Shown here piece by piece: positions 11,650-23,983 of a DNA stretch of 50,798 bases. The DNA comes from Nemertoderma westbladi (lineage: Eukaryota > Animalia > Xenacoelomorpha). The notes under the pieces are model-generated. The model searched no databases, was not told where the DNA came from, and was given only the letters and a program-made list of their open reading frames with translations. The stretch spans positions 1 to 50,798 of the forward strand of contig JAUCBJ010005936.1 of NCBI GenBank assembly GCA_032718475.1. Direction: 5' to 3'. A program made the translations under genes and the position numbers. Each line of letters starts with the position of its first letter. Position 1 is the stretch's first letter.

Positions 11650-11986
11650 ATTTTTTATTTTAGTTTTTATTTTTATTTTCGCCCACCTGAACTTCCCAAG
11701 ATCTACGCGATATTTATAAAACAGCTAAACTCTTTGGAACGTCGATATGTATAATTGAACATTAAAATCAGTCAAAAAAGCCTTCTAAAACAGTAAGTTT
11801 AACATTAATTATATTCTAAAAAAATTTATAAAAAGTTAAAAATCATTCGCAAATATAGCTAGTTTCTGGTATTTCTATGGTGTATAAAGTGTTACAGAAC
11901 AAGTTTTTCTTATTCTAGTCTTATTCTAGTTTCTAGTTTTTTAAACAATTTTTCGCTTTAAATGGTCTCAAAGAAAATTAGTTGGT

Positions 11987-12400
11987 ACTAGTGTTATAGG
12001 TACACCCACCCCCCCCCCCCCCCCCCCCCATAAATAAATTTAAAAAAAAAATTTATATTTTTTGAACTGTTCTAGAACAAAAACTATTTGTTCTATAACT
12101 TTTTTTCTAGTTCTGAATAGCTCACATGTTCCAGAACATTATTAAAAAATAAAAATAGTACCCGGTACATTAATTTTTTGAATTTTTTAAATTGTTCTAG
12201 AACAAAAAATATTTTTTCTAGAAAATATATATATTTTTTATATTTTCATATATATTTTAATAGCTAATAGCTAAATAGCTAATAGCTAATAGCTAAATAG
12301 CTAATAGCTAATAATAGCTTAATACATGTTCATAAAAAGAAATAGCAAAAACTAGCTAGTAAAAAAAATATGAGTGGGGGTGTACCTATAACACACTAGT
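11987..12400. mobile_element. MITE with ~20-bp terminal inverted repeats
   Basis: ACTAGTGTTATAGGTACACCC ... GGGTGTACCTATAACACACTAGT; internal TTCTAGAA repeats; TSD not clear. Confidence 0.6.
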
Positions 12401-12747
12401 GCCCCCAGTGACATAATGGAGAGGAAGGTTTTAATGCAGAAACATGAATTTGTTCTAGAATAAGCAATATTTATACAAAATTCCTGTTTACCAATAAGTC
12501 ATAATGCGTAACTTGAGATGCACTGTAAATGCAACTAATACATTAATAAAGTCGTGAAAATAATGTTCCATTTAAAATTAAAACTACCGGTACCGGTACG
12601 TATTAGGCCTACATGTTAAATTACGTGGAACATATTTTCACTTTGCTCTCTAATATTTATTAACCTCGCTACGTTCGGTAAATAAAATATCTTGAGTATA
12701 GTGAAAATAATGTTCTACATTATTTACCATGCAATAAATACTTATTT

Positions 12748-13745
12748 GCATTGGTACACCTTGGGTACCCATTGACCAGATTTTTTATACTAGCTAGTTT
12801 TTGCTATTTTTTAGAAGTGTTATAGAAGATGTGCTGCTATCAATTTTGATAATTATTTTTGTTCTAGAACACCTTTTTTTTTTTGTTCTAGAACACATTA
12901 TTTAATTTTTATAATTGCTAGTTCTTTCAACTTATTTTTTTATAAATGTTATAGAACATGTGTTAGCTATCAATTTTGATACATATTTTTGTTCTAGAAC
13001 ATTTTTTGAAAAAAAAATTAAATAGTACAGGAATCATCATATAAATCCTTATTTAAAAAAATAGTCATTGGAAATGATTAGACCTCTTAGAAACTGCAGA
13101 ATTTTGAATCTAGAACTTCTAACACACAAACACACACCAATACGGCCCAATGTAACACACAAACACACACCAATACGGCCCAATGGTGTAAAACGGGGGT
13201 CGTCGGAATATTTTAAACAAACCGGGAGGCATCTGTCATTATTTATTTCGCGAATATTAATATACAAATCGGGCTTCTCGTATTTCATTAGCAAACTGGG
13301 GCCGGTATTACCTACCCTATTACACACCAAATCTTTAAACACACACACATTTTTTCCGAGTTTTGATAACAAATTGTGGAGTTCGAGATATTAATATAGA
13401 AATCTCACATTTATACTATATTTGATCTCCTGATTCCGAATCTTCAATTAATGCAAACCGGGATCTCCACAGTTTGTTTTTTGCTCCACAGTTTATGGGT
13501 GAAAAAGATGGCGTGTCCACAGTTTACATCTTCCGTCAGAACAGTTGTGTTTGATGTTCTAAATAAGTTTTCTTTTTTTAATATCTTATAAAAAGTACTA
13601 GCTAACACAAAATCAAAATTACTAGCTACCATCCTACTGTCCGAAGGTCAAATATTTGTTATAGAAAAAAAAACCTCATGATAAAAGCCTTTTTCATATG
13701 AAAAAAAATTGGTCAAACTATTGGTACCCAAGGTCTACCAATGCC
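12748..13745. mobile_element. Non-autonomous Mutator/MULE-like element
   Basis: TIR GCATTGGTA(C/G)ACCTTGGGTACC at both ends; 9-bp TSD TACTTATTT at 12739-12747 and 13746-13754. Confidence 0.75.
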
Positions 13746-14150
13746 TACTTATTTTTACTAAAATGGGTACCCAAAACGGAGGAATTATCCGAATCGTACG
13801 GTCTTAGACGAAGCCTAACAAAATCCGCTGCGTTAGGAGAGTTGGTGAACACGTGTGATTTATACCTATTTATAGCAAAGAGTAATCAAAGTACAAAAAA
13901 AAAATATTATCCGAAAAGTAAAGAGTTATATTGTTTTATAATTACTGTACAACCGCCCTTTCACAGAATATATTAAATATAATTTATTGCGAATCTTTAA
14001 TGATGGCTTGAGTGTAGGCCTATACTATAGGCCTATGTATAATCTTTAAATAATAAACGCTTTCCAGAATAATATCTAAATGTTGGCAAGGTATTTAATT
14101 ATAAATGCTTTGGTAAGTTTAATAGCAATGGTCGGTATGTACGTACAGTA

Positions 14151-15011
14151 CACCATGTCCTGGAATATAGTGTCGTTATTGAGGTACCTGGACCCCCCCC
14201 CCCCCCCAAATCTTTCTACAAATCTTAATGAGATTGCATGAAATTTGAAACAGAGATAGTTTCACCTCCCTCCTCCTTTCTGGGTGAGCCAGAATTTTTA
14301 TTTTTGCTTTCATTCTTTAGCTACAAGCGTTTGAAAAAGGTGTCTCCGTCGGTATTGCGCCAGTTACACTGCAGTTAATTCCAAATATGAATCACAATCT
14401 GAAATTCGTCGTAAAATAGCTGAGATATGATGTTAAAATGTTGCATGATTTAGCATCTGCGCGAGACTATTTTATTCTATTTAATTAATAATCCTTATTC
14501 TAGAACACTTTGTTTATAGGCCTATACGAATAGCTACACAATAGTATGATTACAGAGTTATTGCATTGTTGCCCAGCTACGTTTGGGATAAACAACATGT
14601 TCTAGAATATGGTGAATTTTTTTAATAGAAAAAAATAACCTTACACAGGTGTAAAACCATGCAACTTTAGAAGGCCCATATCTCAGCTATTTAACGACGA
14701 AATTCAGATTGTGATTCATATTTGGAATACTTGCATGGTCATCTTTCCGTCAATATCAAAAAATCGCTATAAGGTTGAAGAATAACTGCGGTGTAACTGG
14801 CGCAATATCGACGGAGACACCTTTTTCAAACGCTTGTAGCTAAAGAATGAAAGCAAAAATAAAAATTCTGGCTCACCCAGCAAGGAGGGGGGGAGGTGAA
14901 ACTATCTCTGTTTCAAATTTCATGCTCTCTCATTAAGATTTGTAGAAAAATTAGGGGGGGGGGGGGGGGGGGGCGTGTCACTGAATTACGACACTATTCC
15001 AGGACATGGTG
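14151..15011. mobile_element. Tc1/mariner-type foldback MITE (861 bp)
   Basis: TA|CACCATGTCCTGGAATA ... TATTCCAGGACATGGTG|TA; arms complementary for about 300 bp; TA TSD. Confidence 0.9.
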
Positions 15012-15135
15012 TATAGCAGTCTGGCAGTGTCTCACTTTATTTTAAATATCTTTACACTGAGATCGCATGAAATATTTAACAAAAAGCTTTTCGGCGAATT
15101 AACTACGATTATTATTAATTCTGCGGACACAGGAG

Positions 15136-18100
15136 AAGGTTATGTAATGTTTAATCGTTGCTCGTACGTAAGGGATAAGGTTATGTAATGTTTAATCGTT
15201 GCTCGTACGTAAGGGATAAGGTTATGTAATGTTTAATCGTTGCTCGTACGTAAGGGATAAGGTTATGTAATGTTTAATCGTTGCTCGTACGTAAGGGATA
15301 AGGTTATGTAATGTTTAATCGTTGCTCGTACGTAAGGGATAAGGTTATGTAATGTTTAATCGTTGCTCGTACGTAAGGGATAAGGTTATGTAATGTTTAA
15401 TCGTTGCTCGTACGTAAGGGATAAAGTTATGTAATGTTTAATCGTTGCTCGTATGTAAGGGATAAGGTTATGTAATGTTTAATCGTTGCTCGTATGTAAG
15501 GGATAAGGTTATGTAATGTTTAATCGTTGCTCGTACGTAAGGGATAAAGGTTATGGGACGTTTAATCGTTGCTCGTATGTAAGGGATAAGGTTATGTAAT
15601 GTTTAATCGTTGCACGTATGTAAGGGATAAAGGTTATGTAATGTTTAATCGTTGCTCGTACGTAAGGGATAAAGGTTATGGAACGTTTAATCGTTGCTCG
15701 TACGTAAGGGATAAGGTTATGGGACGTTTAATCGTTGCACGTATGTAAGGGATAAAGGTTATGGGACGTTTAATCGTTGCTCGTATGTAAGGGATAAGGT
15801 TATGTAATGTTTAATCGTTGCACGTATGTAAGGGATAAAGGTTATGGAACGTTTAATCGTTGCTTGTATGTAAGGGATAAGGTTATGTAATGTTTAATCG
15901 TTGCACGTATGTAAGGGATAAAGGTTATGGAACGTTTAATCGTTGCTCGTACGTAAGGGATAAAGGTTATGGAACGTTTAATCGTTGCTCGTACGTAAGG
16001 GATAAGGTTATGGTACGTTTAATCGTTGCACGTATGTAAGGGATAAAGGTTATGGGACGTTTAATCGTTGCTCGTATGTAAGGGATAAGGTTATGTAATG
16101 TTTAATCGTTGCACGTATGTAAGGGATAAAGGTTATGGAACGTTTAATCGTTGCTCGTATGTAAGGGATAAGGTTATGTGATGTTTAATCGTTGCACGTA
16201 TGGAAGGGATAAAGGTTATGGAACGTTTAATCTTTGCTCGTACGTAAGGGATAAAGGTTATGGGACGTTTAATCGTTGCTCGTATGTAAGGGATAAGGTT
16301 ATGTAATGTTTAATCGTTGCACGTATGTAAGGGATAAAGGATATGTAATATTTAATCGTTGCTCGTACGTAAGGGATAAGGTTATGAAATGTTTAATCGT
16401 TGCTCGTACGTAAGGGATAAAGGTTATGGGACGTTTAATCGTTGCTCGTATGTAAGGGATAAGGTTATGTAATGTTTAATCGTTGCACGTATGTAAGGGA
16501 TAAAGGTTATGTAATATTTAATCGTTGCTCGTACTTAAGGGATAAGGTTATGTAATGTTTAATCGTTGCTCGTACGTAAGGGATAAAGGTTATGGGACGT
16601 TTAATCGTTGCTCGTATGTCTGGGATAAGGTTATGTAATGTTTAATCGTTGCACGTATGTAAGGGATAAAGGTTATGTAATATTTAATCGTTGCTCGTAC
16701 GTAAGGGATAAGGTTATGTAATGTTTAATCGTTGCTCGTACGTAAGGGATAAAGGTTATGGGACGTTTAATCGTTGCTCGTATGTAAGGGATAAGGTTAT
16801 GTAATGTTTAATCGTTGCACGTATGTAAGGGATAAAGGTTATGTAATATTTAATCGTTGCTCGTACGTAAGGGATAAGGTTATGTAATCTTTAATCGTTG
16901 CTCGTACGTAAGGGATAAAGGTTATGGGACGTTTAATCGTTGCTCGTATGTAAGGGATAAGGTTATGTATTGTTTAATCGTTGCACGTATGTAAGGGATA
17001 AAGGTTATGGAACGTTTAATCGTTGCTCGTACGTAAGGGATAAAGGTTATGGGACGTTTAATCGTTGCTCGTATGTAAGGGATAAGGTTATGTAATGTTT
17101 AATCGTTGCACGTATGTAAGGGATAAAGGTTATGTAATATTTAATCGTTGCTCGTACGTAAGGGATAAGGTTATGTAATATTTAATCGTTGTTCGTACGT
17201 AAGGGATAAGGTTATGGGACGTTTAATCGTTGCTCGTACGTAAGGGATAAGGTTATGGGACGTTTAATCGTTGCTCGTACGTAAGGGATAAGGTTATGGG
17301 ACGTTTAATCGTTGCTCGTACGTAAGGGGTAAGGTTATGGGACGTTTAATCGTTGCTCGTACGTAAGGGATAAGGTTATGGGACGTTTAATCGTTGCACG
17401 TATGTAAGGGATAAAGGTTATGGAACGTTTAATCGTTGCTCGTACGTAAGTGATAAGGTTATGTAATATTTAATCGTTGCTCGTACGTAAGGGATAAGGT
17501 TATGTAATGTTTAATCGTTGCTCGTACGTAAGGGATAAGGTTATGGGACGTTTAATCGTTGCTCGTACGTAAGGGATAAGGTTATGTAATATTTAATCGT
17601 TGTTCGTACGTAAGGGATAAGGTTATGGGACGTTTAATCGTTGCTCGTTCGTAAGGGATAAGGTTATGGGACGTTTAATCGTTGCTCGTACGTAAGGGAT
17701 AAGGTTATGGGACGTTTAATCGTTGCTCGTACGTAAGGGATAAGGTTATGGGACGTTTAATCGTTGCTCGTACGTAAGGGATAAGGTTATGGGACGTTTA
17801 ATCGTTGCTCGTACGTAAGGGATAAGGTTATGGAACGTTTAATCGTTGCTCGTACGTAAGGGATAAGGTTATGTAATGTTTAATCGTTGCTCGTACGTAA
17901 GGGATAAGGTTATGTAATGTTTAATCGTTGCTCGTATGTAAGGGATAAGGTTATGGAACGTTTAATCGTTGCTCGTACGTAAGGGATAAGGTTATGTAAT
18001 GTTTAATCGTTGCTCGTACGTAAGGGATAAGGGATAAGGTTATGTAATGTTTAATCGTTGCTCGTATGTAAGGGATAAGGTTATGGAACGTTTAATCGTT

Positions 18101-18638
18101 GCTCGTACGTAAGGGATAAGGTTATGTAATGTTTAATCGTTGCTCGTACATAAGGGATAAGGTTATGTAATGTTTAATCGTTGCTCGTACGTAAGGGATA
18201 AGGTTATGTAATGTTTAATCGTTGTTCGTACGTAAGGGATAAGGTTATGTAATGTTTAATCGTTGCTCGTACGTAAGGGATAAGTTATGGGACGTTTAAT
18301 CGTTGCTCGTACGTAAGGGATAAGGTTATGTAATGTTTAATCGTTGCACGTACGTAAGGGATAAGGTTATGTAATGTTTAATCGTTGTTCGTACGTAAGG
18401 GATAAGGTTATGGAACGTTTAATCGTTGCTCGTACGTAAGGGATAAGGTTATGTAATGTTTAATCGTTGCACGTACGTAAGGGATAAGGTTATGTAATGT
18501 TTAATCGTTGCTCGTATGTAAGGGATATGTAATGTTTAATCGTTGCTCGTACGTAAGGGATAAGGTTATGGAACGTTTAATCGTTGCACGTACGTAAGGG
18601 ATAAGGTTATGGAACGTTTAATCGTTGCTCGTACGTAA
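15136..18638. repeat. 41/42-bp minisatellite, ~85 copies
   Basis: Unit AAGGTTATGTAATGTTTAATCGTTGCTCGTACGTAAGGGAT; variants alternate in a higher-order pattern in the middle of the array. Confidence 0.97.
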
Positions 18639-18949
18639 TCAGATGTCATTTGCGTCAATTTTTCGATTTCCATGGAGGGAGACCTTGCCGTATAATTTTG
18701 ATTGTTTCGCAGCAAGTGTGTTTAGTGTTTGATTATCTTTGATTATCAGTGTCAGCTGGGCGGTGAGCGATTATCTAGTTTGTGTAGGTTAATATTATAC
18801 CGGTCAGCCGGTACATACTGTAATATTTCCGTGTTTCTTGTATAATTATTTTGTACCGGTACGGTATCATTCATAGCAGCATTGTATACATACAGACATA
18901 CCAGATAACCGCGTCTGTGTCTGTCTAAACAAAAGGCAGACAATGGGTG

Positions 18950-20173
18950 ATGGAAATGGAAGGTCAAGATGATATTTCTATGGGACAGTCAGAAAGCGAG
19001 ATTGACGACAAATATCGTCTTCTGCCTTCAGAAAGTGGGCCTAGCAACTGTACCAGCACCGGTACCGGCACCGGTACAACACCTGATGGAATAAGAATAC
19101 AAGCGACCGAAACCAAAGACCCTTCCGTTACAGTCATGTCGAATCACTCCAGAAAGTTAATAAAACAGGTTAAAAACTCAACTATTAACTTAGCTGGATT
19201 CATTATCGCCAAATCTCCTTATATCTTCCCGGCAATTGTTCTTGTCTTCCAGTGGTCAGGCGACCCTCTGTCGTTCATACTGATCTGGCCGGTTCTATTC
19301 TGTTTGTTCCTGTTGGGACAGGACCGGCTGTTGTACCACCCAGACAGTCCCAGTCCGACCCTCAGTCTGTACGACCCCAGTCCTCTCTGTGTCGGCGCTG
19401 CCCATGACAGCTTCACTATAACGACTAGCGACCGCGTCAGACTCCACTGTTACCGCCTATCCTACACGCAGGGCCAGCCCCTCTGCACCATTGTATTCCT
19501 ACACGGTAACGCCGGCAGCATAGGTTACCGGCTGCCCAACGCGGTGGAGTTAGTTGCCAGTTGCCGTAGTAACGTGATCCTGGTAGACTACCGAGGTTAC
19601 GGACTCAGCGAAGGGAGTCCGACCGAGCGAGGTCTCTACCTAGACGCCGCAGCGGCGGTCAACCACTCGCTAGACTCGCGAGACGGACTCCCAGTCGTTG
19701 TGTTCGGTCGCTCTATTGGTGGCGCCGTCGCAATAAACGCGGCGACTCGCCACGGAATTAGCAGCCGAATCGCTGCGCTCGTCCTCGAGAACACATTCAC
19801 TGGGATCCCCCAGATGGCCGGGGTTATTAGCAACCTACCATTCCTGAGTAAGTTACCGCGATTCTGTTACCGGAATTACTTCCCTTCCCTATCGCGAGTC
19901 GGTTCGGTTTCCTGTCCGACTCTGTTCCTCAGCGGCGAGTTGGACACTCTAGTTCCCCCCAGCATGGTCAACCAATTGTTTGATGAGTGCGGCTCTGAGA
20001 TTAAGAGATTGGTGCGTTTTACCACGGGTTGCCATGGGTCCACGTGGGGTTGTCCCGGGTATTACCCGGCTATTTCCGAGTTCATCCGGTTGTGTCTCAG
20101 TCCGGAATCCGTTGGGTTGAGTCAGTCCGATATCCGGGTTGTTTCTGCGGACGGTTTAACTAGAGCCGGTTAA
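18950..20173 (+). CDS. ABHD13: Alpha/beta-hydrolase ABHD13 (Bem46 family), single coding exon
   Basis: TM segment then QDRLLYHP, FLHGNAGSIG, VDYRGYGLSEGSPTERGL, nucleophile elbow GRSIGG, LVLENTFT, SGELDTLVP (Asp), GCHGSTW (His); first in-frame ATG at 18950. Confidence 0.92.
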   Translation: MEMEGQDDISMGQSESEIDDKYRLLPSESGPSNCTSTGTGTGTTPDGIRIQATETKDPSVTVMSNHSRKLIKQVKNSTINLAGFIIAKSPYIFPAIVLVFQWSGDPLSFILIWPVLFCLFLLGQDRLLYHPDSPSPTLSLYDPSPLCVGAAHDSFTITTSDRVRLHCYRLSYTQGQPLCTIVFLHGNAGSIGYRLPNAVELVASCRSNVILVDYRGYGLSEGSPTERGLYLDAAAAVNHSLDSRDGLPVVVFGRSIGGAVAINAATRHGISSRIAALVLENTFTGIPQMAGVISNLPFLSKLPRFCYRNYFPSLSRVGSVSCPTLFLSGELDTLVPPSMVNQLFDECGSEIKRLVRFTTGCHGSTWGCPGYYPAISEFIRLCLSPESVGLSQSDIRVVSADGLTRAG

Positions 20174-21435
20174 TATGTTTGTTACCCCTAAATCGGTCTC
20201 CTTGGTATCTACTAATCTCACATCGGAAACAACAAAACTGCACAGAAATGAAAGGGAAACTTGGTATTTTATGTTACGGTTATTTTTTAATGTTCTGATT
20301 TTGTTTAAAAAATTTAATTAAATAATTTAATTCTGGGCAGTTAGTTTTCTTGCAGCAGTTATTTTTTTTATCATTTTTCATATTTTAACATTTAAATTAT
20401 TTAAAATTGTCCAAAAATTTAATCAATTTTTTTGTATAAAAATATTAAAAAATTGTTTTTCATAATTTTAAATTTTGAGAAGTTCTTTATTTTGGTGAAA
20501 ACCGACGTCGCGACTCATCATATGAAACCCTTTTATCAAACTACAAAAATAGGTAAGAAAAGGTAACTGATACAATAAGATCCCCTTAAATTGTTACTTT
20601 TACGTTCGAATGTATTAAATACCCCAAAACTGGGGGAAATATGTTTAATTTTTCCCCCTTTGGAAAACAAGTTACTGTAACCTATTCAGTAATTGGATGG
20701 CGTGGATTTTACATTTTTCCCGTCGAAAAAGCAATGCAAGAAAATGTGAAAATATTTTGTGATTTTTGAAAATATTTTTACAAGTAATTTGAGTGAAATC
20801 CTATTCTATTCACAAACTCAAAAGTTATTACAACTTTAGTGGCTCAAAGGCGAACTCTTAAACTGAAAACGGAACCCAATGTCCATTAGTTTAGTTGCGG
20901 TCTCTCTACTAAGGTCATAAAAGTTACAGAACATTTAACAATTTCTTTTACAAAAAGGAAGTAACATTTTTTGTCTGACTTTTTAATCCGCATTTTCTGG
21001 AAAAAGTAAAAGTGGAGTTAGTTCGAGGCCGAGAGTTTTCGAAAAATTTAATCTCCTCATTAGGACTAAGAGAAGTAACAAGGAATTACTTACGGCTGTA
21101 AACCTTAAATTTATATTAATTAACCCTGTTAATTAATTCCCCGAGACGATATATTTATTCACCGAGGATGAATTTACGACCCCCCTCCCCCGGTAATTCC
21201 ATGTTCTAGAACAAATCTACAATATTTTATATTCTTTATTTAGCTGCATCAAATTACACCGCTTAAATTTACAATATTTGGGTCTAACGGGTCTAACTAA
21301 CGTGCAACTGTATTGATAAACAATTACACAATAGGAAATTATCTTAATAATTTTGTTATATGAATATAAATATGGGAACAGTTCCGCATGCAATAGAATT
21401 TTCTAAAAAAATGTTATGAAATATATGAAATGAAA

Positions 21436-21645
21436 TATATAGGCATATATTATATATATATAGGCATATATTATATATATATAGGCATATATTATATATA
21501 TATAGGCATATATTATATATATATAGGCATATATTATATATATATAGGCATATATTATATATATATATAGGCATATATTATATATATATAGGCATATATT
21601 ATATATATATAGGCATATATTATATATATATATAGGAATATATTA
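21436..21645. repeat. ~21-bp AT-rich minisatellite (AGGCATATATTATATATATAT)n, ~10 copies
   Basis: Directly visible. Confidence 0.9.
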
Positions 21646-22412
21646 TGACAAATTTAGAACTAAATTACCATCGTTGACTTGCTCACAACATTTAAAAAAA
21701 TATATTGTGTTCTAGAACACAATATTAGCTAATTTCAGAAGAATTGCGACATATAAGGGGGGGGAGGGGGGGGGGGTAAAATCGTCTAATGAGACGATAG
21801 TAAATTTGGCAAACAGAGGCATAATAAAGGGCGTTTCACAGAAGGGCACTGGACTAGTGGGGAGGAGTAAGGAACTATTTTTAGCTGCTATTTTTTAAAG
21901 TAGTAGCTAGCACATTAGCTAATGTTCAAAAACAAAGTATTTTCAGTGTTGCTTAAACATAAATCAATAACATAACACCAACAAATTAAAATAAAAAAAA
22001 TATTTTTTAAAACACTAGCTACCATAAAACATAGCTAACATTAAAAGCACTAGCTAGATTAAATAACAATTCGTCACTAATAATTGTCAACATTGATCAA
22101 TGAGAACATCACAGAAAATCCAAAGTAATAGACTCAAAGAATATTTTTTTTAAATAATAGCTAGCTGATTGCTAATGTTCTAGAACACAATATTTTTTGA
22201 AAAATGTTGCGATAAAATCAGTGGTGATATTACAGTACTATGTAAAAAGTACATCATTTAATTAATTAATATTAAAATATCAAATGCGACTGCATACGGA
22301 ACTCTAGCCTAAATATGAGATATTTATATATTTTGTCTTATATATTTTGTGACCCTTAATATTATAGCTAACAGCGAATCATATTAATCTGAAATCCCCT
22401 AATTTGGCTAAA

Positions 22413-23624
22413 ATGACAGGTATTTTATTATCCTCTGATGCCCAGTTAGGTATTTCACCATCTTCTGATCGCCTCTGTTTGCCTTACATCAGGGTTGCAG
22501 CTCGGAGGGAGACGCAATCCTTGGATGAGTTCGTGTTAAATAATTGGTATGCAAAGTACTCACCAGGAAATAAAAAAACAATAAATAATTGGTATGCAAA
22601 GTACTCACCAGGAAATAAAAAAACAATAAATAATTGGTATGCAAAGTACTCACCAGGGAAGAAAAATAAAAAAACTATAAATAGTAATCACCTTATGATG
22701 AAAAGAAACGAAACAAATAACTATATAGTAGGTGATCAACACACAATGACATTCAAGAATGTTTTAATAGAAATCATCAACATTGTTAATCATCAAAGCT
22801 ATGAAACTGAAAGTAAATATTTCAATGTAAATGTGTCGATCACGGATAAGTTATTCACTCTGAAGTTCTTAGACAAGTTCACGGATCCAAAAGGCCACAG
22901 GAAAGTCAAGAGAAAAGTCAGGTTTACTGGAATCGGTTATCAATGTAATCAAAAGAAAAAAGTCAAGGTATTTGTTAAAAATGCTCTTGCATGTGTCTTT
23001 GAAGTTGTATTCCATTTATGTTCAACTGATCTCACCATAAAATTCAGCAATGCTTTGAAAGAACATGATATATTAGAGTGGAAGTTCGGCAGTTCCCAGA
23101 ACGAAGTACCCAATAACCGAGATCTACTGTTCCAAAGTAACCTGGTAATAGCTATGTTTGATTGGGTGGAAACATTCTGCCTGACTATGAACAAATTATA
23201 TGATGATTTCGAATATCCCGACGTCGACATGCTTGAAAAGATCATGGAGAAAATTATAAGAAAGGATGAACTTCCCCTTGGCCCTGATGCGCAGGATGAT
23301 AATATCCGTCGTGTAATGTGTTTCCTGACGCTCGATACTCTATCGAGTTTCATTGCTGAACTGAGTCACAAGGAGGATAAGATTGTAATGGAAGCGTTAT
23401 GTAGCTTAGTTGGAGTTCATCTCCTAAAGGTTGTGGAAGCTAAGATACGATTTTACGATTGTCGAGCTGCCCTAGAATTGTTGCGCAGAGTTCACGCTTT
23501 TCTGCGCGAAGGTACCGGAAATGTAGAGAGAGATGTTTACTATATCGGGAAGATATCAGCTACTATACGGGAACTGGGGGACGCAGTGTTTAAGTCAATG
23601 ATTAATCAACGGAGTAGGAATTGA
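22413..23624 (+). CDS. Hypothetical intronless ~400-aa protein
   Basis: 1.2-kb ORF in AT-rich DNA with AAAATG start context; globular-looking, helix-rich C-terminal half; no family recognised. Confidence 0.6.
   Translation: MTGILLSSDAQLGISPSSDRLCLPYIRVAARRETQSLDEFVLNNWYAKYSPGNKKTINNWYAKYSPGNKKTINNWYAKYSPGKKNKKTINSNHLMMKRNETNNYIVGDQHTMTFKNVLIEIINIVNHQSYETESKYFNVNVSITDKLFTLKFLDKFTDPKGHRKVKRKVRFTGIGYQCNQKKKVKVFVKNALACVFEVVFHLCSTDLTIKFSNALKEHDILEWKFGSSQNEVPNNRDLLFQSNLVIAMFDWVETFCLTMNKLYDDFEYPDVDMLEKIMEKIIRKDELPLGPDAQDDNIRRVMCFLTLDTLSSFIAELSHKEDKIVMEALCSLVGVHLLKVVEAKIRFYDCRAALELLRRVHAFLREGTGNVERDVYYIGKISATIRELGDAVFKSMINQRSRN
22538..22685 (+). repeat. In-frame 45-bp tandem triplication (NNWYAKYSPGNKKTI)
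   Basis: Three copies of AATAATTGGTATGCAAAGTACTCACCAGG at 45-bp spacing. Confidence 0.9.
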
Positions 23625-23962
23625 ACGTTTTTATAAAATAGAAGAAGAACAAACACTTCCTCCTAATTAATTTGGACGACATCAATAATTATATTAATTA
23701 GTTCAAACATTCACCTAAATGTACTATTTAGTAGGCCTATGTATTGATTGGTTAATTGCTTTCTCATTATTCCCGATTGGCGTTATTATGAGTTACTATC
23801 CTCTTTGACTAAACGTTAAAACTGAAAAAAAAAATTACAATGACTTATTGTATTAAACAGTAAAAACAATAAAAATACATACATACACACATATAACACA
23901 CATACATAAATCGGCACCCACCAGCCACCACCAGCAGAATATTTATCATTAACTACTAAAAG

Positions 23963-23983
23963 CCAATTGGCGGGAAATTTAAA
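23963..23983 (+). promoter_or_regulatory. CCAAT + E2F site + CHR-like element
   Basis: CCAATTGGCGGGAAATTTAAA: E2F consensus TTGGCGGGAAA; GGCGG-N4-TTTAAA matches CDE/CHR spacing. Confidence 0.45.

Noticed and set aside
13722-13744. MULE TIR (CATTGGTAGACCTTGG) resembles the 12-bp satellite (CATTGGTGTAGACCTTGG)
   Set aside because: Short gapped match 30 kb away, with no element flanks around the satellite
13049-13976. ORFs of 62-108 aa in and beside the MULE-like element
   Set aside because: No transposase motifs; overlapping on both strands; partly built from a ~33-bp duplication
20480-21840. Probable TE remnants, including C-rich/G-rich inverted ends near 21170 and 21760
   Set aside because: Boundaries, TIRs and TSD could not be defined by eye
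22949-23353. Antisense ORFs within the 22.4-kb ORF (and likewise within ABHD13)
   Set aside because: Shadow ORFs of the sense coding frames
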